From contig CM102283.1 in the NCBI GenBank assembly GCA_046563655.1, positions 3,534,001-3,598,000 on the forward strand: DNA of 64,000 bases. The letters are read 5' to 3'. The stretch comes from Yuukianura sp. NJ FZ-2021 (Eukaryota). A model generated the notes under the pieces. The model ran no database searches and was not told the origin of the DNA. It saw only the letters and a list, made by a program, of their open reading frames with translations. Both the position numbers and the translations under genes were made by a program. Positions 39,050 through 48,959 of the stretch are shown piece by piece (position 1 is the stretch's first letter; each line of letters opens with the position of its first letter).

Positions 39050-40914
39050 TCAAATTCCGAAAATCCTCAGTACGGTTCCGATGATGCCCGTGCCACCTTC
39101 TGGGTTCGGTGGAGCCTGATCGCTGAAACTCCTTGCCAAATCAGCGATCGGTTGTCTTTCCATCGTCGCTGGAAGTTTCAGCGTCAGACCGTGCTGAATT
39201 CTCTGTCCATGCATGTCATAAAAGTGGTCATGGAATGTCACCCGTGCGTCATCTAGAACCAACTTCCGACAGAATTCGTTGATTCTCGGCCAGTCGAGAG
39301 CGTCTTGACTGCAGTCTTTGAACGAAAGTGTCTCCAGGGCCGTCAAGTTCAAAATAAAGTCAGCAAACAGCCGAAGTCCGACTTGATCTGTGTTTTCCTC
39401 AGCGTCTTCACCGTGTCCAGGAAACAGAACGAGCAGATTCAGGCCAAGGGAGTAGAAAAGCAATTTCCGCAGGGCCGTCAACTGCAATAAATTGGCCATT
39501 TCCAGGAGATCAATGGGTCCTGTGTTATAAAAAGTAAAAGTTAGCTGAAAATTTAAATTTCTTGAATAAGGTGAACCGAACCGTCGATGCCGAGCTCTGT
39601 CAAGGTCACTGGAAGAGTTGCCAGGAATCGCTTCGGGCTAAGCGTCAAATTCAAGTAAAGCTGCTCCAGACGTCGGCAATTTTGAAAAATGTCACACTCC
39701 CAAGGAACGCCAAACGACCTGCCCTGCAGATCAATTCGGACTAATGTCGCCTCACATCGTCGGATACAATCTCTACAAAAAAGTTGACGCATGAGCATAT
39801 GTTGTGGTATGTTATGGTATGTTATGATGTGTTATGGTATGTTATGCTATGCTATGGTATGTTATGTCAAGCGTTTACCTCACTTCGCCCCACTGCTGTG
39901 CCTGGAAATGTCCAATATGCAAATGACGTAAAGAGCGTTGACGTTCCAGAATTGACGTCCATGACACAAAGAGATTGACGAGCTCCAGCTCCTCAAGTTG
40001 CAACGTTCTACCTTCCTGTTCGCCACTTCCCGGCACAAATCGGAGCTTATTTTGAGCAATGAGGGTCCCCACGGACAGTTCTTCCAGCGTTGCAAGGTTA
40101 AGGAGGATCAAGGTCATGAGGGGGCTGAGGTTGGGGTCAAGGGGGCGGGGGGCAGGGACGAAGAGGAGGACGAGCGGCAGCATCGGGGGGTGCACAGATC
40201 GGAGATGAATGTGCTTTAGATTTCCGAACTTGATCAGAGTTAATATTGACAGAATAGTGTTGAGAGAGTCAGTGAAGTTCCAGCAGAGGAGGTCAAGTGA
40301 CTGACATTCCGGAAGAGAGAGGTCACTCGGGGTCAAAGTGCGCATGACATCTAAAGGAAGGTCACAAGTGGGGTCATCGAAAGTCAAAAAGTTGAGATGT
40401 GGGGAGGATTGAAGCAGAGGAATGAGGTTGTAGGAGACGACTATTCCTCGGAAATGGAGATTTCTCAGACGGGGACCGAATTTGACGCCGGTTGACGGAA
40501 GGGGGCGTGTCAGGCTTGTGAACATGACGGACACGATCCATGACGTGTTGGATAGCTCTGTATTGCGATTGTCAATGACGGCACGAATTCCGAATTTTCC
40601 GTTGATTAGGTAGTACCAGTTGCGACAAACTGTTCGGACGATCTGCAGGTCATCGGGTTCCAAGTAGCTGAAAATCTTCTCTTTGATCTGAAAAATTGAT
40701 CAAAATGAAAATTACGTCATGAACTTCAGTTTTCGAAACTTTTTTTTTGAAATTTTGAAATTTCAAGACGTACGACATTCTGGATGTCAGTGAACTGGGT
40801 ACCGCCAGGATCCTCTTTGTCTGGAGGCGGAACCAAATCTACTGGAGCAGCCAATGGCGTCACTTCTTCATACACGCTTCCTTCCATGTTAGTTGACACG
40901 CTGCTACTGCTCAT
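39050..40914 (-). CDS. F-box protein with leucine-rich (LRR-like) C-terminus, 536 aa
   Basis: Exons 40914-40774, 40687-39879, 39772-39582 and 39519-39050 are phase-consistent. F-box-like FTDIQNVIKEKIFSYLEPDDLQIVRTVCRNWYYLI, then LxxLxL units (LRNLHF, LEELSV, LRHLHI, LEQLYL, LTELGI, LETLSF). Confidence 0.85.
39797..39867. repeat. Intronic pentanucleotide microsatellite (tatgN)n
   Basis: tatgttgtggtatgttatggtatgttatgatgtgttatggtatgttatgctatgctatggtatgttatg inside an F-box intron. Confidence 0.85.
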
Positions 40915-41414
40915 CTCAATTCATGTGACCATCAAAATTTTGAATTTTGTGAATTTTGAAAAAAAAACTGAATTTTGAAGAAAAAAAAAGACTGAATTTT
41001 AAATTCTCTTTGTACAGTTAATTTCCAAGAGAGAAGAAAACAATCAAACTTGCAATATTTTATCCGGTTGCCCGGGTAACCGGGAATTTTCATTTTCAAA
41101 ATCCTAGAGGAAGTTATTGCATAATAAACGACGAAATTTTGAAATTTTCGGGAATAACAATCATGAAAATTCAAAAATTTGAAATTTTGAAAGTGACGAA
41201 ATGATACGGATGTATGTATGGACAGTATGAACAAGCCGTGTAATGAGATGGACAATTAGTTGTGCATATGCTGTAATAATTACCCATTGGATAACAATTA
41301 CTACCAGAGTCAATGAACACATAAGCAAAGTAATTAGTTAATTAATTACGCACAGGTAATTCACACGTACTCAAATAACATTAATTCCATTCAGCGCTGT
41401 ACAGAAACACTAGT

Positions 41415-41451
41415 TATATAAGTTACAACTTCCTAAGTTTCATTGGTTAGT
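41415..41451 (+). promoter_or_regulatory. TATA box plus initiator-like TTAGT of peptide C gene
   Basis: TATATAAG at 41415 and TTAGT ~32 bp downstream, just before the ATG at 41479. Confidence 0.65.
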
Positions 41452-41478
41452 GACGAGCATTTTCAAATTTAAAAAAAA

Positions 41479-42117
41479 ATGAAGGTACGTATTCAAAAAA
41501 TCTGTTTTTAAGTTTTCTTCAAAATTTCCAACTTTCTTCTCTTCTAAAAATTTTAACTCAACTTCAACTTTTTTTTTTAGTTTTTGGTGCCGATTTTAGT
41601 ACTGGTGGGAGGAGTGAGTTGGGGATCTGCCCAAGGAACTGCTCCCTTGGACTGGCGACTTCCGCGGCAGAGGCCACTGGGTGTTGGAAATGGCGCTTTG
41701 CTCAACAGTGGGCCCTTGATGAGTGGTGGGGCACTTAGACCAGGTGGGCCCTTGATGAGTGGTGGGGCCCTTCGACCTGGAGTTATAGGAGGAGGCGGTG
41801 GATTGGTACAGCGTCCTGGAATGATTGGTGGGGCTGGTGGGTTAATTCAGCGTCCTGGAATGATTGGCGGTGGTGGATTGATCCAGCGTCCTGGAATTGG
41901 AAATGGATTGGTCCAGCGACCTGGAATTGGAAATGGATTGATCCAGCGACCTGGAATTGGAAATGGATTGATCCAGCGACCTGGAATGATTGGTGGGGCT
42001 GGTTTACTTCAACAACGTCCAGTAATTGGTGGTGGCATGGTCGGAGGTGGGCCTGGACGACTTCAGCAGCGTCCTGGAGTAATTGGTGGGGTCATTCCCA
42101 ACGGAATTCCTGGTTAA
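41479..42117 (+). CDS. Secreted Gly/Arg/Pro-rich repeat protein C (180 aa)
   Basis: Exon 1 41479-41484 (ATG AAG|gtacgt) joins exon 2 41581-42117. Signal peptide MKFLVPILVLVGGVSWGSA; repeated GL(I/V)QRPG(M/I); AATAAA at ~42202. Confidence 0.9.
41800..42000 (+). repeat. ~30-bp coding tandem repeat (GLIQRPGIGN and variants)
   Basis: Repeated ggattgatccagcgacctggaattggaaat. A separate 33-bp duplication (GPLMSGGALRP x2) lies at ~41708-41778. Confidence 0.9.
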
Positions 42118-42601
42118 ACTAAAAAAATTAGCCAGATGAAACTAAATTTTGAAACAAAAAATTACACTTTTCACAAAGTTTCATAAAAGTGTTTCATTTT
42201 CAATAAAAGTTACAATTCATTTCAGTTTCTCTCTCATAATTATTTCAGAAGTTAAAAAGTATTTCACTTAAAAAAATTCACGACCTTTTTCCACTCAAAA
42301 AAAAAAAATTGACAACTTATTCCACTTAACAAAAATCTTGACAGTTTTTTATGGCCCGATTTTGTGTTCAAGGCGGTCGAATTTTCACATTTCCTGTTGT
42401 TGTTTTTTCTAAACAGTTTGTCTGATCGTTTTTTTTCAAAATTTTGAAGTAATGTGTTGCAGCATGAGTTTTTTGAAAAGTTAGAACCCTCAAGGAATGT
42501 GCGTTTGCTAAGTGACAGGAAATTGTGACCCAGGGAGGGAAGTGCCCATTAGTTCCAAAATTTAATGAATTCTGAATCATTAACTGCATTTTTACGGTAT
42601 T

Positions 42602-42608
42602 TATAAAA
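42602..42608 (+). promoter_or_regulatory. TATA box of peptide D gene
   Basis: TATAAAA ~95 bp upstream of the ATG at 42697. Confidence 0.6.
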
Positions 42609-42696
42609 AGGGAAAGTCAAACGTTCAATTCAAACACAAACAAAAGTTAGACTTGCAAGTTTTTATTTCTAAACTCCAAGAACCTACCCGAACAGC

Positions 42697-43219
42697 ATGG
42701 TAAAAAAAATTTTTTTAAAGCACATTTTTTGAACTTTTTCCAAATTTTTAATTCCTGTTTATTTCCATTTTCATTTGAATTTAGAAAGGAGGAATTTCTG
42801 TCGCAATAATTTTGCTCAGCACAATTTGTGCAACGACCGCCACGTTTTCTTGGCTGGCAAATCTGTTTGGAGAGAGTAACTACGGAAACCGATGGAGAGG
42901 TCGTCCGGTGGGGCCGTCCCACGGTGGAGGATACTTGGGTGGGGCAAGTGGGGCTCATCCTGGTGGGTCCGAGTACTTGGGTGGAGGGTGGACCGGAGCT
43001 GGAACGAACGGTGGCTATGGAAACTATCCTTTTGGAAATGGATTTCTGGGAAGTTTGGGCGTCATCGGAAGAACTGGAGACGCCACTCCGTTTCTGGCGG
43101 GAAATGGCGCCACTCCATTTTTAAATTCAGAAATTTCGAAAAATGGACGGCATGTCCACCGTCCTCATCACAGTCATCGCTGGGGTCACAGTGGATACAG
43201 TAGTAGCAAACAATGTTAA
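42697..43219 (+). CDS. Secreted glycine-rich protein D with His-rich tail (145 aa)
   Basis: Exon 1 ends in ATG|gtaaaa (42697-42699) and joins exon 2 42785-43219 in frame: MKGGISVAIILLSTICATTA-TFSW...GGGYLGG...HVHRPHHSHRWGHSG. Confidence 0.82.
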
Positions 43220-43581
43220 AATTATGCAAAAAAATTTTTTTTGAATGAAATACAAAGTTACATTGCAAAATACAAAATACAGTTTGCGAAAGTCAACTAA
43301 ATTGGAGAAATTCCTTTAGAAATCAACTGTTAATTAATAGGCCAAGGTCGTTCAAAGTCAAAAAAAAGTAAAGATAAGAAGTGTATGAAGGTGAGTTTGC
43401 ACTTTTACAGAAAATTGCAGTAGCGCATGCTCAAAGAAGAGAAATTGTGCATGCTTCTTCTGTGATTGTCAAAAGTGAAGTTAAAAGAGTTCAAGTCTTT
43501 GGTGAAAAGTGGGAAAAAGTTGTATTTTATTGGGATTTATCGTTATTTATTGTCTGTTTATTCATTTGCCGTTGATTGAAG

Positions 43582-44154
43582 ATGTCCATGACCATTGTAA
43601 ATGTTGATGCCATTCGCGCTCCGAGTGGTAAAGTTTACGCAAGAGGTGAATTTAGGCTAGTTGAAAAGGGATGTGAGACTCCAGTAAAATTCCAAGTGAG
43701 TTCAGGCAAGTAGACACGGATTATTTAATCCTCCAGTTTATTTTACTGTAATAATTATTTCGCGACTACATTATGAAAACACATTTGTACTGATTTTGCT
43801 TATTATATTCATTGTAGGACAATTTAAGATGGCTGGGCAACTTGCCAAAGGAGGAAGTGCAGACTGTGTCATCACAGTTTTTGAAGAAAGACGCTTTTTA
43901 AGCATTGCAGGACCCATGGAAAGTAACGAAGGTTCAACACAACAAACAGTCGTCCAGGTTGTATTTAAGGACACAGGTATGGATAAGTGCTCAATATATT
44001 TATTCACTATGAAAGATATTAAATAATTTAATTTAATAATTTTATAAATTTAGTCCTACAACCTTTTGTCATTTTTGTTTCGGCTAGAATTTGCATCTGT
44101 TCTGGACACGTTGAATACATACACAAAGCGTGGGAAGATGGACGCATTGGTTAG
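43582..44154 (+). CDS. Hypothetical 127-aa protein (3 exons, first intron GC-AG)
   Basis: Exons 43582-43705 (CAG|gcaagt), 43818-43976 and 44054-44154 give one open frame, MSMTIVNVDAIRAP...HKAWEDGRIG*. Exon GC content is clearly higher than in the flanking introns. Confidence 0.65.
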
Positions 44155-45165
44155 TTTCTATTAATTTCTTTAAATCCTTGCATGCTAAAAACTTTTCGAT
44201 TGAAATTTTACTGTTGTATAATCAGGCTTGTCAAAAATATGTGCCAAAAACCCTCGAATTATTGATAAAAAATATGTTGCTTTTTGAATTGCCCATGTAT
44301 TTACTTATTTAATGTTAGGGTATGGGCAAATAAAAAAATATTTAGTAACAGAAAACCCGAAAATATTTTCTTTTTTGTATTAATATCACGGGCATGGCGA
44401 CTAAATATTTTTGGCATCCCTGATAAGCTTTGAAATGAGGTTTACTTTCTTGCCATGAGTCTTCCCTTTGCTTTGGTGTTGGTTTTTTTAGCTTCAAATC
44501 TTGAACCTTTTACTTCTTTTAGATTCAGGAATCTGGTGTGAGGGGCCTTTAGTAATATATGCTTGCATGTGCATTTACGGAAAAACTTGAGATAATTCAG
44601 ATAACTTTAGTTATTATTTTATTTATTTGGAACTTCATTTTTTCAATAAATTCCTACTCGACTCGTTCTTAATTTTTTTTTAGCAATCACAATGAGAAGA
44701 AATGGAATACGGGATCAATGAAATGGACAGAACAACATGAGGATTAAAGAATTATTTGATTTATTATTAAATTAAAGAATTAAAAACTTAAAATTTAATG
44801 AGACAGGTTCTACTCATTGTTAACGGGTTTAAGATTCAAGCGTTTTTTTCGTGTTAAATCACAATAAGTGACACCACGAAATGGTGATGGGTTTAGTTTA
44901 TGTGTAAAAAAAATCTTTCTGTGTGAGAAAAGCCAAATGACTTTTTTCAATAAATCCTAAAAGTGCATTTCCCTTAAAAATATTTGTTTAATCCGTTCCC
45001 TTGGGTACGTTTTAAAGCGTTCCTTTTATTTTTACACTCCTAAACAAAGGAATTGTCACCTCCACAACTATTTTTAAAGGAATTTTGTTGTCTGTCAAAA
45101 TTTTCCTACGAATTTTTCAAATTTTCAAATTCTGCTATTCCTCTTTTTAATCCAAATTTTGAAAA

Positions 45166-47544
45166 ATGGGAAACACCAAAAGTACTACCACCACAAAATC
45201 AGAGTCAAAGGATGGCGCCGCTTCCGAAAAATCTGAAAAACGGAAAAAAGTGAACTTTCCACTTGACTCCGCAGAGTTGGCTGCCATTAAGGAGGTCGCA
45301 CCATCTCTCGTCACCAATGACTTCCCCTTGGGGGGCAAGGACTTGTCTTCCAAAAGCTCAAGGGCAACTAAAAGTCAAAAGTCAACTCCGGATCAAAAGT
45401 CAATTAAAAGCCAAAAGTCTACTCCAGATCAAAAGTCAATTAAAAGTCAAAAGTCCACTCCAGATCAAAAGTCAATTAAAAGTCAAAAGTCCACTCCAGA
45501 TCAAAAGTCAATTAAAAGTCAAAGGTCAGCTGAAGGCCAAAAGTCACCTAAAAGTCAAAATTCAACTCCCGATCAATTGTCAAGTAAAAGTCAAAAGTCA
45601 GCAGAAAGTCAGAAATCACCTCCCGATCAATCGTCACCTAAAGGTCAAAAGTCAGCTGAAAGTCAAAAGCCACCTAAAGGTGAAAAGTCAGCTGAAAGTC
45701 AAAAGTCAGCTCCAGGTCAAAGTTCCCCACCAAGTAAAAGTCAGGCATCCCCAGTTGAAAGTTCAAAGTCAGCAGTTGAGGCTCCTCCACCTACCACCCA
45801 ATCGGTCGCAAGTTCTGAAAAATCTTCTGCGCCGTCGTCACTCGCGACTCATGCACGCAACAGATTCAAATCAGCCACACGCGGCCTAATTTCGTCCAAT
45901 CGCCTGCTTCCTCCCACTCCCTCGCCGATTCAAATCCTCAATCCGAAAACTGCCGATTCGGCGTCTTCGGAATTTCCTCGTTCACTTTACTCTTTCGAAG
46001 AAGAGGAAGAAGAAGAGGAAGTTGCTGATGTTTTCAAATGGTCAGCAGGAGACGCGGGAAGTTCAAATCCGAGTGCCCGGGAAACGCCGTCGGGTAGAAT
46101 CGGTGTCAAATCCGCCGATTCCCGAATCGCCGCCGATTCGGAAACGTGTTCCTGTCCCAATTCATGTCGTTGTCCAGCAGCGCAATACAAAAATGGGAAT
46201 CACGTCATAGTTACTCCCGCCACAACGAATACGACCAGATCCGATACTACTTGGAAACGAAAACAGAATTTGGAAAAAGACGGACCAAATTCAAAATCTT
46301 CTGGAAATAAGTCGAAAAAAGACGGACCAAATTCAAAATCTTCTGGAAATAAATCGCATCCCGAAGTATCTGACGACAATGTTTTGATTTTTGACCTCTA
46401 CAAACAAAAACCAAAGGTCAAATCAGAATTCAGGAATGCACAGAGGGCATTATCGCCTGAACAAATCGTGAGTGCACATACACGAAGTAAATTCGGGTCT
46501 GACAAAAGCAGTAGCAAGCATGCGCAAAGAAAATTGACGCTGGAACAAATTGGAAAGGAGCATGGCCAAACAGGATTCGAACCTGGGCAAAATGGCTCCG
46601 AATTTTCGCAAAAAGACGGCTCCAAAACGCGAAAAAGCAAAAATCAGACGCAGAAATGCCGCGAAAATTCAAACCAAGATCAAGACAAAGACATGTACAA
46701 GACCGTTGCTAGGCGTGGCGACGGTTGCTATGGAGTCGTAGTTGGACATTCCTGTAATGCTCGTACTTTGAACCCCGCACCCCCCGTTTACATCCCCACC
46801 GGGGGAGGGGGTGGTGGGGGATGCGGAAGTGGGAGGAGCTGTTGTGGGAGGAGTCAAAACCCATTGGATCGTTTGCGAAACGTTGACGTCATTGAGTGTT
46901 TATCGTACTACCCGCCAAAAAACGAATGTTGCCCGGAAGAACCGACTGACATGTATGCAATTTGTGACGAATGCGGAGAAATGGAGTACATTGGAGAAAA
47001 AACGGCGGGAAAATCAAATTGTGCCAAACCGGTAACGTATACAAGAAAACAGCGGTTTAATTTCAAGCATCCCGAAGACGATTTGCCCAGAATTTCGGCA
47101 TTTCCGTGTGACGATGGTCCGCCTTTTGTGTGGCCAAGTGTAGCCAATCCATGGTATGTCAATTAGCTACAAAAATTTAAAAATTTTGAAAAGTTCAAAA
47201 ATTTTGATTTTGTTTAAATTTTTGAAATTAGTTGCCCGCCCCATCGCGTTTGCTCGTTTGATGAACTTCCAGTAGGGAAAAACCCGGGTTGTAAGAAAAA
47301 GAAGAAAAAAATTTTCCCGGGCAAATCCGGGCTGTACGTGTACGACGCCGAGACGAAAACGCTTCAACGCAAGGAAGATGTTGACGATGACGAAGATGAC
47401 GACGAAATAATTGTGGACACGGGGTGTCCATGTCCACCGATGGACCATGGTCATGTCAACATCGAAGCCCCGTCGTGTCCACCATGTAAAGTTGACCTCT
47501 GTCCAGAAAATTGTGAAAGTGTGCAGTACTGTTACGAACAGTAA
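45166..47544 (+). CDS. Low-complexity Ser/Lys/Gln-repeat protein with Cys/Pro-rich C-terminus, 766 aa
   Basis: Exon 45166-47153 (TG|gtatgt) joins 47232-47544 in frame and absorbs ORF 47338-47544. Starts MGNTKS; ends ...CPPCKVDLCPENCESVQYCYEQ*. Confidence 0.85.
45370..45720 (+). repeat. 36-bp coding tandem repeat (KSQKSTPDQKSI x4, then degenerate units)
   Basis: aaaagtcaaaagtccactccagatcaaaagtcaatt units. A second exact duplication (KDGPNSKSSGNKS x2) lies at ~46276-46356. Confidence 0.92.
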
Positions 47545-47783
47545 CCCTGGCAGCATTCCAGCATCGGAGATATTTCAAGAAAAAGCTAAGTTTAAAGTCC
47601 AAATTTACGCAAAATTTCTAAAAAGTCTAAAATTTTAAATTTCTTGGTAATTTTTTGTTTAATTAAAGCTAATAACAAGATTTGTACTGACTTTGGACAC
47701 TAAAAGTAAAGAATTCGTTAGATTTCTAGTTTGGTTTTTTGAAATTGTAACTTTTTGAACATTTTTTGAAATTTTTGAAATTT

Positions 47784-48810
47784 CTAGATTCCATGTAAAA
47801 CGACTGACTTGAGTGCTTTGTCGTGGTTTTTAACTAGAGCGGCAAATTCGTTGAAAGAAATTTGTCCATCGTGATCTGTGTCGCCAATCATAAAAGTGTG
47901 ATCAACCGCCTCCTGAATTTGAATGTCCGTCAAATTACTTCCCACCATGCACTTGAGCACCTAAGAATTAAAATTTTGAAAAAATTGAAAATTTTGAAAC
48001 ACCAAAATCCATTTTTATAAAATTTTGTGCCAACTTGGAACAATTCTCCGTTTGAAATGTATCCATTGCCGTCAATGTCGTAGATCCTGAAGGCAAACCG
48101 CAGACGGCCTTCCACATTTTCAGTTCCACTGAATTGACTCATTCCCAGAACAAATTCTAAAATTTCAAAAACTTCATTTAAAATTTCATTTTTCAAAATT
48201 TTAGTCAAAATATTACCGCGGAAGTCCACTTCCCCATTTTGATTGGCGTCAAAAACTTGGACAATTCTGTTAGCCAGAACGTTTTTGCTGATTTCCGGAA
48301 TTTTCAAAAATTCTTTCAAACTGATCGTCCCGGAGTGATCGGAATCCAGTTTCATAAAACGCTGACCAAGACGCTTGATTTCACTAGCAGTAACTACAAC
48401 AAAATTTTGAAATTTGAAATCAAAATTTAAATTTCAAAATTTTGAACTTACATTTTTGAAATCCCGGGGAATGAAGTAGCGGAGCCGTTGTGACCTTGAG
48501 TTTTCAAGTAATCGTGATTAGTAATCGATTAATCGATTGTTTCAGTTACTGTAACGTGATTGGTCAATTCATTTTTTGACGTACTGTGATTGGTGGCGCT
48601 GGTTTGCTAAGTGTAGCTGAGGACTTGGGCTGATGCGTGCTCAAGTGCTTTGAGTGTGTTTTCTTGGAAGGTGACGCATCAGGCTTCGATTCAGAATCGG
48701 GTGAAACCGATTTGGACGAATTCAAGTTGTACCGGTATCTGAAAAATGTAAGATTTTTAAAATTTTGAAATTTTTGAAACTCAAAATTAGTGACATGACC
48801 TGAGTGACAT
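47784..48810 (-). CDS. Divergent calcineurin B-like four-EF-hand protein with N-terminal extension, 227 aa
   Basis: Exons 48810-48800, 48738-48585, 48494-48452, 48393-48217, 48156-48035 and 47960-47784 are phase-consistent. Motifs [32 protein letters not shown] and [34 protein letters not shown] loops [48 protein letters not shown]. The three 5' exons are less certain than the core. Confidence 0.88.
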
Positions 48811-48945
48811 CTTGGAACGGCAGAGACGAGTTGACTCAAAAACGAAACGAAACAAATCTGGCCAAGACACAGCTCAAAATTGCAAAACTTGACAAGAGCT
48901 GCTTTTGTTTGGGAACATAAAAAAACACAAACAAACTTTTCAAAA

Positions 48946-48959
48946 ATTTCCATGACAAC
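48946..48959 (-). promoter_or_regulatory. RFX X-box-like element upstream of the calcineurin B-like gene
   Basis: GTTGTCATGGAAAT on the minus strand, one mismatch to GTHNYYATRRNAAC, ~135 bp upstream of the predicted ATG. Confidence 0.5.

Noticed and set aside
41581-42117. Collagen or springtail-type Gly-X-X antifreeze protein
   Set aside because: The period is about 10-12 aa rather than a continuous tripeptide, and Ala content is low.
45263-45889. 208-aa overlapping ORF with LKVKSQ repeats
   Set aside because: Alternate-frame shadow of the 36-bp coding repeat, with no ATG start.
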